Shown here piece by piece: positions 36,182 to 49,685 of a DNA stretch of 64,000 bases. Location: positions 39,432,001 to 39,496,000 of the forward strand of contig CM075979.1 of NCBI GenBank assembly GCA_038087875.1, written 5' to 3'. The translations under genes were made by a program, and so were the position numbers. Origin of the DNA: Malacoraja senta (Eukaryota). The notes under the pieces were generated by a model. It ran no database searches. It was not told where the DNA came from and saw nothing but the letters and a program-made list of their open reading frames with translations. The number at the start of each line of letters is the position of its first letter. Positions within the stretch are counted from its first letter, which is position 1.

Positions 36182-38592
36182 AGCGACAACAACGGGCGCG
36201 GGCTCCAGGGAACCCAGGAAGCGACGAGACTCGCAACAGCGTGGACTGTGAGATCCCCGCCCGGACAATGGAAATTGACTCAAATACATAATATAAAACA
36301 CAGTTCAGGACAAACTATATTATGAGATTTAAAAAAAAATAAAGGTCACGCATTATAATCTTTATCGACTTATCTGAAATAGTTACAGAAATTAATTAGT
36401 ATAATACAGAACCAACTAAACAAGACTTTTAGTGGAGCACAGCACTATACTATACAACCATTTCTGAAGTCAGACAACACTAGGCAGAATAGAATAGAGG
36501 CAGAATGCTGGAAATCTGAAACAATTATTGAAAATCCCCAGTCACAGTTGTACTGCAGAAAAAACAGGCTCTCTGGCTTGTTCTGGCCCAACGTCCACAC
36601 CAACAAAGGTGCCTTCATGAGTTTATTCCATTCGCCTGCATTTGGCCCATGTCTCTCCGAGGGTCCTTCTGCTACTAGACATTGAGGGGTTGAGTCTGGT
36701 AGGGACACCCCTCAAACAAGTGGTTTTGTTTAAACACCATGTGCAAACACTATTAAAAATGATACTATTGAATGTACTGTATGTATACACACTGAGAATG
36801 TATGACGTTTTTGATTTGTATATGATTTTCTATTGTGAATGAAACTTATTTTTCCAATATTCGTCTAAACTTTTCCCATCCATGTACCTGTCCAAATATC
36901 TCTTAACTTAGCATGCCATGCCTTCACCATCTTGTTTCCCTTTGTTGCCGTTTTCAGGGAACTATATACCAACAGCCCGAGGTCTCCCTGCTTATCAGCT
37001 TTAATAGCATATGTGGACATCTTGCTCGGCCTGGATACGTTGGGCCAAAGAGTATTTCTAACTTGTATGAATGTATGAATCCAATTTTCCCAGTTGATCT
37101 AGATCTTGTTGTAATTTGAAACAGTATCTGCCCAGGAAAGACTCAGCAGGTCAGGAAGCATCCAAGGAAATTGTCATGATTTTGGGTATACAATCTTTAA
37201 GTGAAAATCAAAACTATCTAGGCTACCTACATTAACCTTTTCTTTCTCAGTCTTAAGGGTCCTCCCTGTCATGTTAATTGTTTCTCTTTCCAATAATGCT
37301 TCCTGACCTCCTTAGTTCTCCCAAAATGTTTAACTGTGTGTTTTTAATATCATGTTTGTTCATTTTGTTATCCTACACATCTACTAAACATAATATTATT
37401 GTATTTTGTAAATGTAACCTGTCGGACATGTTCCATCCCTGACCATTAACAACATATACATAGACCAAGCTTAATGTATTGGCAACGGCCATTTAAACTC
37501 ATCCTATCACAGACATTCCCTTTGCTCGACATTTTCCACTGGGAAGTGTTGAAGGGAGTTGCATATCTAAGTAAATAGATGTAACTACAAAGTAGGCACA
37601 CCATTACCCCTACTTTCTTAAGTTTATGAGAATATGGATGTCATCGAATACAACAAATTTCTACAGATATATCATGGAAAGTCGAGACAGAAGTAACCAC
37701 AGATGTTGGAATCTCACATGGAATGCAAAGTGCTGGAGCAGTCTGCAGTTTCAGGTTGTCTGTAGGACATGGATTGGTGGTTTCAGGTCAGGATCCTTCT
37801 TTAAACTGAACCAATCCGAAATGTCACCTATCCATGTTCTCCAAAGATCTGCCTGACCTTGAGTTACTTGAGCCCTTGTGCTTCACTTATGGTCGCACCC
37901 TAACAGGTTCAGGAATAACTACGTTCCTACAACCAACCAGTTCCTGAACGGACCTGTATAAGTCTAATCCTACCTCAGCAATGGAACATTACATACCACC
38001 TCTTGCACTACTATGGACTTGTTTTAGTATTATCACTGTCTTGTAGAATTAACGTAGTTTATGTGCATTGTCTGAGTCTATACACCTGCAATGCTGTGAC
38101 AGATAAGATCTGCATTGTTCCTGTACTCACCATATATGCGTATAGAACAATAAATTCAACTTTACTTTAGTTGGGATGTGGTTTTTCATATCATTTCATG
38201 AACATCTATGTAAATAATGGTGAACTTCAAAAGTCAGTGTGTGATAATGTACAAGAAAACATCAGTAAGCTTACTGAACTGGGAAACCATTTCTTTATGA
38301 GAAAAGCAGCATGTTTTGTGGAGTATAGGGTGCACAAACCTTCATTGTAACTTTAGACAGCAAAGAAACTAATCCTTACCAAGTATTCAGGAATAATTAT
38401 TGGGAAATTCTGCAGGAACTAGAAAGCTGACTTGAGAAGAGGCTTCATTTGGGGGAGGAAGGAGGAAAATAAATTGCATGCGTAGGTAGATTGATGGGAT
38501 GCTAACCAAACGGGGTTTTTTTCCCTGGATGATGTTGAGCCAGACAAGAGAATTCCATCACACTCCCGACATGCCTTGCAGATGGTGGAAAT

Positions 38593-38855
38593 GCCCCTGT
38601 CCCACTTAGGAAACCTGAACGGAAACCTCTGGAGACTTTGCGCCCCACCCAAGGTTTTCATGCGGTTCCCGGAGGTTTTTGTCAGTCTCCCTAATGGTCG
38701 AAAGTGGTTTCCGCTGCTTCTATGTTCCTGTGATTATTTCAAAAAATTCAAAACTGGCTGCGACTAAAAATAGGTTGCCGTTTTAAAAATCGGTAATTTT
38801 TTAGTCGAAGCCGGTTGCGATGCTAGTTGAAGGTGGTTGCAGGTAGTGGAAGGTC
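38593..38855. mobile_element. Probable truncated MITE/DNA-transposon end
   Basis: Starts gcccctgtcccactt, resembling PIF/Harbinger-type termini, with internal inverted segments (ggaaacc/ggtttcc). No second TIR found. Confidence 0.35.
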
Positions 38856-39954
38856 TTATCAGGAAGTGATGCACTAGCTGTCAGCCTTTGACCTGCTTTG
38901 CAGCTGGAATAATTGTGCACAAACACACAAATTAGGTGCAAAAACAAGACTTCAATTTGCTCTGTCGCTCAACAAGATGTTGGTCTGATTGAAACCTCAA
39001 CATATTCTCATCAACCATGTTAAAAGACGGCTTCCATTGCCCTTTAAGATTTCCAAAGATGCACCATTCGGATAGAAAAAATACATTCACTTAATCTTTC
39101 TTAAGTAGGCAACCCCTAATATATAAACACTAACTCTAGCTTTATGGAGGCACAAGAAGCCGTAGATGCTAGAATCCTGAGCAATAAAAAGACTGGAGAA
39201 ACTCAGCGGCATCTGTGGTGGGAATGGACAATGACGTTTAGGGTCAGGACATTTCTTCAGAAACATTACCTGTCCATTCCCTCCACAAATTCCGCCTAAC
39301 ACACCAACTTTCTCCAGCCTAATTTTTTTTACCTTTCAATTTTACATACAAGATTAAACATTCTCTCAACGTGCACCTTGTCAAGATCCCATAGGAATTA
39401 GTTTCAATCAAGTTGGCTTTCACTCTTCTAAACCCCTGTAGACTGGTCTAACCTTTCCTGATAAACCAATCTGCATATCAGTTGAACAAACCTCTTCCAA
39501 CACATTTAAAGAAAAATACTAATACTAGACATTCTTCAGATGTGATCTCACCAATGCCTTGCACAACTAAAGCATTTGGCCAACAATACATGAGGGCAAG
39601 ATGCTCCAGATGCTGGAAATTCAAAATGTAAAATGTAAAGATCTGGAACTCAGCAGGAGTGTGGAAAGAGAAAAACTTCAGGTGACTCTCCATTAATAAC
39701 ATTGTTAGCCATGTGATAACATTTAATTTTCCAAATTCTGACCTTTTGTGAATTTACACTAGGACACCCAGATCACTCTGCATCTCAATGTGCCATGAGT
39801 ATTTGGAACTCTTCCTCGAAGGACAATGGAAGCAGTCCAAATTTGTTTTTTACAGCAGAGGTAGACAGTTAATACTGGGAGAAAATATCACCAAGGGGAG
39901 GAAGAAACTCAGAGGGGAGGTCACAATCAGATGAGATTATCAAATAACAAAGCA

Positions 39955-40830
39955 TGAATGGCAATAAAGTGGGTGACATTGCAAATAGTGAAGATGGTTG
40001 TCAGAAATTGCAGCAGGATATTGATGAGTTTGGCAGGTGGTCTGAGGAATGGTTGATGGAATTTAATAGAGGGATGTGTAAGGTGTTACATTTTGGGAAG
40101 TGCATGACCTACACAGTGAATGGCAGGGTTCTGTGGAGTGTTGTAGAGCAGAGGCATCTAGGAGTGCAGGTATAATTATTTGAAAGTAGCATCATAGGTA
40201 GATAGGATGGTCAAGGGGACTTTCAGCACATAGACTGATGAAGGTCAGAGTATTGACTATCGAAATTGAGATCTGTTATTGGGTTACAGTTGTACAGGAC
40301 TTTGGTGAGGCCACATTTGGAGTATGGTGTTCAGTTTGGGTCACCCTGTTACAAGATGTGGTTAAGCTGGAAAGGGTGCAGTTTTTTTTTTTATACGAGG
40401 ATCTTACTTGGACAAGGGCCCAAGTTATAGGGAGGGGTTGGGCAGGCTAGGACTTTATTCCTTGGAGCACAGGATGAGGGATGATCTAATAAAGGTGTAT
40501 ATGATCATAAGAGGATTAGATAACGCAAATGCACTTACCCAGCATAGGGAAATCATGAACCAGAGGACAGAGGTTTAAGATGAAGGGAGGTGGGAAAGAC
40601 TTAATCAGATCCTGAGGGGCAACTTTTTTTTACAAAGGATGGTAGGTATATGGAATGGGCTGCTAGAGGTGGCAGTTGAGGTAGGTACTATCGCAGCATT
40701 TAAGAAGCATTTGGACAGGTACAAGGACAGGAAAGGTTTGGAAGGATATGGGACAAATGCAGGCAGGTGGGATTGGTGTGGCTGGGGCAAGTTAAGCCAA
40801 AGGGCCTATTTCCACACTGTGTGACTCCAT
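39955..40830 (+). mobile_element. Degenerate CR1 LINE 3' fragment
   Basis: LQQDID...WLMEFN...CKVLHFG and VGIWNGL...AFKKHLDRY. Confidence 0.85.
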
Positions 40831-41553
40831 GATGATGCCCCTACTGTAGATGTCAGTGTTGTACCTGCATTGGAACAGCTCAGCTTTGGAAACACTACTT
40901 CTGGAACACACATCTTCAGTACCACAGCAGGGATGTTGACCAATCCTGCAACCCTGCTGCATTTGGTTCCTTCATTGGCAACACATGGAATAGAATTGGC
41001 CAGAAACTGGCATATGTGATGTTAGAGATCATCCACTAAACGTGGCTGCGAATCCTGTAGCCCACCTTTGATATTGAGCCCTGCTTTTGTTGAGGATGCT
41101 TGAATTATTTTCTAACAGTGGGTGAAAGATTAAAGAGGGGAGGAAGGAAAGCAAGTAATTATCACAATATTGTCATAAAGATGGTAGACAAGAGCAAAAA
41201 CAGTGGTGGAACTCAGCCGGTCAGGAAGCACCTGTAGGAGGGAAATGCACAGGTATCGTTTTGCATCAGAACCTTCTTTAGACAAGTAGACGAAGGGACG
41301 TGCACAATTATATAATACATCACAGAAACAAACCAAGGTCCTTGTAGAATGGAATACCATTATTTTTCCAGACACCATTTTAACCAAAACCAAAATGGTT
41401 TTTCGTTCCCTGGACTTGTATAATTTCTGTTCATAAAAAACTAGGAGCTATCCAGCACACACATGGGGTTCATTTTGAACAGGATGGAACATATAGGCAA
41501 GCAACAAAATATGATTAGTTCAGATAAAAAAATTCCAAGCTATTGTAAAAAAG

Positions 41554-41638
41554 TTTATTGCTATATACAAATGTACAGCACATATGAAACTTCAAATGGG
41601 CACCATTAGTTCACAACTGGGATGCACATCATTTTATT
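41554..41638 (-). terminator. Candidate FNBP4 polyadenylation signals (AATAAA at 41638-41633 and 41559-41554)
   Basis: Two minus-strand AATAAA hexamers about 180 and 260 nt after the stop. The distal one is followed by T-rich sequence. Confidence 0.6.
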
Positions 41639-41816
41639 ATATGGAGTTTCTTTTTTTAATAGCTCAATAAAAGCAGGGTACAATTCACCAAATATGCTCA
41701 TGCACTGAACGGCTCACAGACCTACTATCTAACTCACTTTCAGTGATTTACACAAATATAAACAGTTCTGTATAAAGGTAGAAAAATAGTTTACACACAG
41801 TACAAAACTTAAAATG

Positions 41817-41907
41817 TTAAGAGTTTGAAGTCATTTTCCTCCGCTTCAGTCTCTCTCGCCAGTCGTCTGGTAACACTTCAAAGTTGGCGTTTTTTTCAGC
41901 TTGCCCA
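41817..41907 (-). CDS. FNBP4: FNBP4 terminal coding exon (GQAEKNANFEVLPDDWRERLKRRKMTSNS*)
   Basis: Acceptor tttatatctgcag|, phase 2; TAA at 41819-41817. Confidence 0.95.
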
Positions 41908-42213
41908 CTGCAGATATAAACACGGGTGATTGAGGCAAGAAATACAAAGAAACAGAAATACTTCGAAATTCTGTGCAGTTCTGGTTGTCCCATTACTGGA
42001 AGCTTCGAAGAAAGTGCAGAAGTGGTTTACTGAACACTGCCTGGAATAGAGCATTTTAATTATAGGGGAGTTTGGACAAATTTGCTTTCTCTGGAGCTTT
42101 AGAGGGTGACGGGAGACTTGACAGAAGAGTATAAAATGATGAGGGGCATCAATAGGGTAGAGTGTCAGAAGTTTTTGCCCCCAGAGTGCAAATGTCAAAG
42201 ACTAGTGTGCATA

Positions 42214-43565
42214 CAGTGCCCTCCATATTGTTTGGGAAAAGACCCATCATTTATTTATTTGCCTCTGTACTCCACAATTTGAGATTTGTAATAGAAAAAA
42301 AAATCACATGTGGTTAAAGTCAGATTTAAATAAAGGCCATTTTTATACATTTTGGCTTCACCATGTAGAAATTACAGCTGTGTTTATCCATAGTCCCCCC
42401 ATTTCAGGGCACCATAATGTTTGGGACACAGCAATGTCATGTAAAGGACAGTAGTCATGTTTAGTATCTTGTTGCATATCCTTTGCATGCAATGACTGCT
42501 TGAAGTCTGCGATTCATGGACATCACCAGTTGCTTGGTGTCTTCTCTGGTGATGCTCTGCCAGGCCTGTATTGCAGCTATCCTTAGCTTATGCTTGTTTT
42601 GGGGGCTACATCAGCAGTTGTATCATCAATGAAGATAAGTGAGCCAGTACCTTCAGCAGCCATACATGCCCAGGCCATAACACCGCCGTGTTTCATAGAT
42701 AAGGTGGTATGCTTCCTTCTATCCTCCATACTTTGCTCTTGCCATCACTCTGATATGTTAATCTTTGTCTCATCTGGCCACAAGACCCTTTTCCAGAACT
42801 GTGGTTGTTCTTTTAAGTACTTCTTGGCAAACTGTAACCTGGCCATCCTATTTTTGCAGCTAACCAGTGGTTTGCATCTTGCAGTGCAGCCTCCGTATTT
42901 CTGTTCATGAAGTCTTCTGCGGACAGTGGTCATTGATAAATCCACACCTGACTCCTGAAGAGTGGTTCTGATCTGTCGGACAAGTGTTTGGGGATTTTTC
43001 TTTATTACAGAGATAATTCTTTTGTCATCAGCTGTGGAGGTCTTCCTTGGCCTGCCAGTCCCTTTGCGATTAGTAAGCTCACCAGTGCTCTTTCTTCTTA
43101 ATGATGTTTTAAAAAGTTGATTTTGGTAAGCCTAAGGTTTGGCTGATGTCTCTAAGAGTTTTATTCTTGTTTCTCAGTCTCATACTGGCTTCTTTGACTT
43201 TCATTAGCACAACTATGGTCCTCATGTTAATAAACAGCAATAAAAGTTTCCAAAGGTGATGGAAAGACTGGAGGAAAGACTAGGTGCTGAGAGCTCTCTT
43301 ATACCTGCATTAAGGCAGCATTTAAACACACCTGAGCAATTACAAACACCCGTGATGCCATGTGTCCCAAACATTCTGGTGCCCTGAAATGGGGGGGGGG
43401 GGGGGTCTATGTAATTTCTGCATGGTGAAACCAAAATGCACAAAAATGTCCTTTATTAACATATGACAACGTGCATTTTAACCACGTAATTTTTTTTCTA
43501 TCACAAATCTCAAATCGTGGAGCAGAGGCAAATAAATAAATGATGGATCTTTGTCCCAAACACTG
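42214..43565 (-). mobile_element. Tc1/mariner DNA transposon with IR/DR-type long TIRs, internally deleted, TA TSD, inserted in a CR1
   Basis: TA|cagtg...cactg|TA; ~200-bp inverted repeats each with an inner direct repeat; transposase remnant TTVRRRLHE...RLQFAKKY...FWKRVLWPDETKIN. The flanks rejoin as CR1 sequence (actagtgtgcata-gctttaaggt). Confidence 0.92.
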
Positions 43566-43854
43566 TAGCTTTAAGGTCAGAGGGCAATGCATAATGAAGA
43601 TGTGAGGGGCATGCTTTAAACTCAGAGGGGGAAGGTTTAAAGGAAATGCAAGGGCCTTTTTTTATATCAAGGGTGGTGGATGCCTGGAATGCACTGGGTG
43701 GTGGTGGAAGCATACAAGATAGTAGCATTTAAGAGAGAGACACAGATATGTAGGGGATGGAAGGATATGGGTCATATGCAAACAGAGGTAATTAGTTTAA
43801 CCTGGTACCATGTTCAGCATAGACATTGTGGGCTGAAGGAACTGCTCCTGTGAT

Positions 43855-44093
43855 ATAGAAACAAAGAGCTGCAGATGTTGGTTAATACACAAAAGGACAA
43901 AAAGTGTTGGAGTAACTCAGCAGGTCAGACAGCATCTCCTGACATGGACAGGTGATGTTTTGGGTCAACCCTTCTTTGGATTATTGGGGGGAGGGGTGGT
44001 GTTGTTTGTGAAGCCAGGGGGAGGAAATGGGTGGTGGGGGATGAGGTAAATAGGTGGGAATCCAGGTGACACACAGGGGAGGCAATGAGACTG

Positions 44094-44124
<31 letters not shown>

Positions 44125-44380
44125 GGGTGATGTGGAAGGTTACCTGAAATGAGAGAATTCAACATTCATACCATTGGGTTGCAAGCTACCCAAGCGGAAT
44201 ATGAGGTGTTCCTCCCGTTTGCCTGTGGCCTCACACTGGCCATGGAGCAGGCCCAGGAGAGCAAGGTCAGTGAGGAATGGGAAGGAGAGTTAAAATGGTT
44301 AGCAACTGGGAGATCCAGTAGGCCTAGGTGGAGCAAGGGCAAATGCTTAGCAAAACGGTCACCAGAAGTTGGTAACTTTT
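43855..44380 (-). mobile_element. Penelope-like 3' fragment (GIY-YIG C-terminus plus terminal repeat), same family as 14685-15480
   Basis: SGDRFAKHL...PVANHFNSPSHS; shared terminus acaaagagctgcagatgttggttaatacac. Confidence 0.8.
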
Positions 44381-46112
44381 GGTCTCCTTCTTTCTCATTC
44401 ATTAAAAGGCCCCAAAACTTTCCAACTGAGATAACAGAAAAACATTTCAATTTAAATAACTTAAAGAACTCAAGAAAACACGTAACAGTTTACCCAAGAA
44501 CACAGTAGGATTACCATTTCCAATGCAAGTACATTCCTCCATATAGAATAAAGCCCAAACTGTACATTGTACAAGGTGGTGGTGAGACCACACGGTACTG
44601 TTGAAGACAGACACCCCTATGGTGACACTCCATCTTTTTAATCAATGCAGCATCCCATTTGGCTGCCTATTTGATTTACTTGCATACCTAGTGCTTCATG
44701 TACAAGGTCTCCCAAAATCATGTGCTGTGATGTTCTCTCCAGTTAAATGCTTATTCTGCTTTTTCAATCTTCCTACCAAAGTGTATAATGTTTTTTTCCT
44801 TATGTTATACTCCAACTGCCTGATGTACTGCTCACTTGCTCATTTAAACCTCATGGCATCCTTTGCCTCCTTGCAATCTTTGTCACTTCTATATCTGCAG
44901 CAAATTTGGTTACAACATATTCAACCTTTATTTCAGTGTAGATCATAAACTGACAAGGCCCCAATACAGATTCCTGAGACACTCCGGTTATAGCTTGCCC
45001 ACGCAGAGGCATTGATCAGAAAGTGAAAGGACGACAATATTACAGAAGGACATTAATAAGCTTTAGACTGAGAGACTACATGACAGGTGCGATTCGGCAG
45101 TTAACTGTGGGATAGAGAGATGAAAGCCTGGGTAGATAGACACAGGAATCTAGGAGTGAAAATAGAGTTGTGGGACACTTCGACATCGCCATAAAACCAA
45201 ACTCCAGGATTTGTGGCTAAGGGACTGGATTGCAAAGTCGGCAAGTTTTGCTAAACTTGAATCATTTGCACCACACCAGGAGCACATTTATGGTCAAGGA
45301 CAATGGACAGGGTATACAGATTTACGAGGATGATATCACACACAGAGAATGTGTCTCTTTTCTCAAGAAAGCATAGGGATACCAAGTCTTTAAGCCAATG
45401 GTCTTTGACAGAATGGAAACAGGGAGAAGATTTCCACGAGCTGAAGAGCATATCAAGAGGCTGTCCACATAAATTGGCAAAAAGGAACCCGCAAATTTCT
45501 TATTCAAAGCAATGTGGAATTCATTCCCACAGAGAATGGATAAAGTAAATAGTATAGATGTATTTAAGAGGAAGGACAACCGCACAGGGTGAAGGTAGTA
45601 GTGGGTCATGTTGATGCATCAAGCTGAAGAATGTGGAGGAGGATCAAGTGGAGTGCAGACTGGTTGGGCCAAATGGGCCATTAACTGCGGTCTAAAACTT
45701 GGGAAATATTAATCGCCCTCAGGAGCACACGATCAGTTTCTTTCCTCTGAAGAAATGACAAACTTTTGGGAGTGATGTGACAGGTAAAGATCTTTCATGC
45801 ACTGATATTATCCTTGGACAAACACAAAGCTCTATTAAATGCAGGCTATTTTACACAGTTTACAAACAGAATTTTGTATAAATCAAGTGAATGTTTTCGT
45901 TTAGTTTAAGGTTCCTAGAGTTTGCCATTAATGTGTTTTTTTGTCATATCGGGCTATATCAGATGAAATTACTATGAATGAATAACTGCATTATTATGAC
46001 AGCGCAACAATTAGAGGTTGGATTTTGACTTGAACTGCATTACCCTTTGCACTCTGTGTGACTATGGTGCATAAATCCTCCTGCAAATTATGACTAGGAT
46101 TAGTCTGCTCAC

Positions 46113-46273
46113 CTTGTCAGCTGCTGCTGCTTCCACTCCTCAATCCGCTTGTGCGCCAGAACTGTTCTCTGCTCGTCCTCACTGGAGCTCGAGTGCTCAT
46201 CCTCATCCAACTCCCGCTGAATGCTCTGCCACTTTTTCACTAATGACGGCATCTTCGTTTTACTCTTCTTATT
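46113..46273 (-). CDS. FNBP4: FNBP4 exon (NKKSKTKMPSLVKKWQSIQRELDEDEHSSSSED...KRIEEWKQQQLT)
   Basis: Acceptor caatttcag|, donor AAG|gtgagc; 161 nt, phase 0 to 2; conserved peptide. Confidence 0.96.
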
Positions 46274-47502
46274 CTGAAATTGTTTAGATATAGCATCTCT
46301 GAAAGTTGTCACATGTTGGCGCCATTTCCAATCAGTCAAAACTGCATTGGAGGGCTGCACACCATCAGCACCTGCGCACTGAAAGTATTTACCACTACTG
46401 GACGTTTGCCATTGGGAGGAGTATTGTGCCAACTAAGCAAGATGGGGGGAGTGTTGTGCCAACTAGCTCCCATCAATCCACTGAGCTGAAAATTTGCCAA
46501 CATAGGCTTGGTGTAACAGACAGATGATTAGCGCAAACTCCCAATTCAACTGTATCTCATAATAATATTACTGTGCAAAGATATTTTTCCTATGCTGATA
46601 TTGTACTTGGGAGGATAGGATTTGGAAACATCCTGGAAAAGTGGCCCGATGGGACAGGGTCAGTTTCAATTTACCGGCAGAATGGGGAACAATTCACACA
46701 ACCTAATTCCAGAGATTGTTGCTGTAAATTTTTTACGCCAGACAGTTTGGTGCAGCAAAGTGATGCAGCACTGCTCAAACAAGAGCCACACTTGCATGGC
46801 ACAGGGAAATAACACTATGAAATAGAAATCGACGGAGCTTAAAATCTACGACAACCGTGGCAAATGTCTTCAAAATATCCAGACAGCATTTGAAAATTCA
46901 GAAGTAGCTTGTGAATTATGGCTGCAGGTTTTAGGGCAATATTCTTTGTGCAGGACCAATTCCAGTCACATGGAAACAAAAACTGCCTCCCCACATGAGT
47001 AACAACCCTTGCGGGAAGCAATTCACTGTAATTATGAAGCTTCAGCGAGGAGTGACCCGTTTTCCCCGAGTCAACTCATCACACCCACAACACTTCCTGT
47101 AAATGAAACACCCAAGATCTGGGAGAGACTGGAATGAGCGCCACAAAACATCATGTGTACTGATATTTTGGTCGCAGTTCAAATCTGATTTCTGGGTATT
47201 ACCAACCTGGGCTCTAGCTATAGTAAAAACCTATCAGAGACTCAACTTTTAACAAAAATTGGAAAGCACCAAGGCATGAAGGTTACAGACCAAGTGCTGC
47301 CAGGTGGGGTTACTACAGATGGGTACTCGATGGTCAGCATGACAGGGTGGGCCGAAGGGCCTCTGCACTGTCAGAGGAAAGCTAAAGAAACGAGAATACC
47401 TCTATTATTATTTCTCCATTGCTCTCAGTCAAGAGAGTCTTATTGTCATATGTCCCAGACAGAACAATTAAATTCTTACTTGGCATTATACCTGCAACTT
47501 AC

Positions 47503-47738
47503 CTTGTCTTTTTTCACCTTCTTGCTCTTCTCGGTTGCTTGAGCCACTGCGGGAGCTGGGAGCACCTCTGATACTTGTGGAGGCTGCGGAATAGCTGGCT
47601 CGACTGGTATTTGCTGTGGTGGAATAGGGCGTGGAATCCGCACTAGGTGGGTTGGTCTGGGCAGGAGAAGAGGTCTCGGGGCAGGCATGGGCTGGTGCAT
47701 TTGAGGAACAGACATCATTGTGGCCAGCATCTGTGGAC
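47503..47738 (-). CDS. FNBP4: FNBP4 exon (PQMLATMMSVPQMHQP...EKSKKVKKDK)
   Basis: Acceptor ttttgtgtgagatgcag|, donor AAG|gtaagt; 236 nt, phase 1 to 0; Pro-rich with a basic end. Confidence 0.85.
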
Positions 47739-48879
47739 CTGCATCTCACACAAAACAAAACATTGTTCATAATAAAGCAATATAATTCTGCAATATCCAC
47801 AGATCACCTTGATAACCATGAAGAAAATGAGCATACTTCGCTGGGGCCACTCAAATGTCAACATCATTGTTTAATATGAGAAGTGTACCAGAAGCAACCA
47901 CAGCCTGGGTGAAAAACCCAGTCCACGATCGAAAGCACACGCTCCTTAAATACATGACATCTTTAATGAAACTCATCTCCAATTTCCCAGACCATGAATA
48001 GACCGTGAGCCGAGGTGCTTTTTTGTTTTATTTCGTGACCCAAATCACATATCTACCTGTATTTATAACATATTGTGTAAAAATATTATAGAATTCATAC
48101 CTGAAACTCGTCAAGAACAAAACCGGCACATATTTTTAAAATACGAGAAAAAACTCAAATTTTCCAAGTAGTAATTGTCCAATCAATGCACGATTGACAT
48201 TGAGTCGGACGGCAATTGACCAATCACACGCTTTGTTTCATGCTAGCGAGGCAGCGAGCACACTGGGATCATAGCTGCCTCCTAATTACATCAAAACAAT
48301 AGCAAGGTTTCAAAGGAATAAAGGTAATGCTAACCTTGCTGATAATTTTGTTTTCCAACGGATTTATCGTTATAAAGATATCATGTGAACTGTTAAATAA
48401 AAATGATAAATAAAAATGTAGAGCTAGGGTTAGGATTAGGGTCAGTCAGTCGGCCAGCCTGTGGGTGCTGCGAGGGGTCGGTCGGGCTGTCGGCCCGCCC
48501 ATGGATATATAATTATATATAACTCCAGTCATATTCACATTATATGTATATATGTATATGTATATGTACAGATGTGCACACACACGGTATTAAATAGACC
48601 GCAGGACGGAATTAGGCTCCCCATACAGTAATGAGCATTGAGCACTAGATGGCGCTTACCTTTTTGATTTACATTTCTAATCAGCTTAATTAATTAGTAT
48701 GCAACTTTTGGCACTGACAAGTTATGAATTCCTTCTCAATTATATTTTATCTAAATCTATACAAAATTTCAAGTAAATACCAGACATGGGTCACAAAAGT
48801 TAAATTCAAGACACATTTTCGATGCTCGGCCCACAGCCTAGAAGTCAATATCCCCCAATGCAAGTGCATACATGAATAC

Positions 48880-49340
48880 CCGACCCATAGATCACAATCA
48901 GTAAGGATGGGTGACAAAACAGCTTCCATGATAATTTTGAACACCAGTACCCCACAAGAATGAGTTCTCAGCCCTTTACTATATTCCCTATACGCTCATA
49001 ACTGTGGGGCAAAATTCAGCCTAAACCCAATCAACAAGGGTGCAAATGACATCACTGTAGTGGGCTGGATCTCGAACAATGTTGAGACAGAGAACTTAGT
49101 AACGTGGTGTCAAGATAACCTGACCCTCAATGTCAGTAATACAACTGAGCTAGTCATTGACTTCAGCATTCAAGGTACATTAGTGGAGATGGTTGAGAGC
49201 TTTAAGTTCCTGGCCCAAAAGTGTCAATAATTTATATTGGTCCAATCACATCGACGCTATGGTCAAGAAAGCATATCAATGCCTCTACTCTCATAGAAGG
49301 AGATTTGGCACAACTCCGACGACTCGTGCCAATTTCTACA
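48880..49340 (+). mobile_element. Degenerate Rex1/Babar RT fragment
   Basis: Frame-broken QSVRMGD...LNTSTPQ, VLSPLLYSLY and WCQDN.L.LNVS...ELVIDF motifs. Confidence 0.7.
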
Positions 49341-49685
49341 CATTGTTCACAATAACGTAATAATGGTGCAACACTCACAGATCACCTTGATAACCATGAA
49401 GAAAATCAGCATGGAGCTTCACAGCAGAGTAAAAGCTTGGCTGCAGAATCCACAGATGAATTTGTCTAACGGTACTGACTAATTTCTCAGCTGAACCCTT
49501 CCCATTTACACATCCGATTTAAATAGGGAAAATGCAAATCAACATACGCTTGCTCCATCTTTCGAAGCTTCCCAAAGCATAAGCATGTTCAATACCATTG
49601 CATCAAACTCTTATTCTCAGCACCACATGCTTCCTACAACAATGCAACCCAAGAATACAGGGTGTCAACACGCCCCCGCTTTTAC

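Noticed and set aside
35121-36325. Three long overlapping ORFs (295-380 aa) rich in Pro/Leu/Ser
   Set aside because: They arise from a CT-rich tract that lacks stop codons in every plus-strand frame; no domain is recognisable.
47760-47834. Duplicated intronic snoRNA
   Set aside because: No convincing C/D or H/ACA box arrangement on the sense strand; kept only as a direct-repeat finding.
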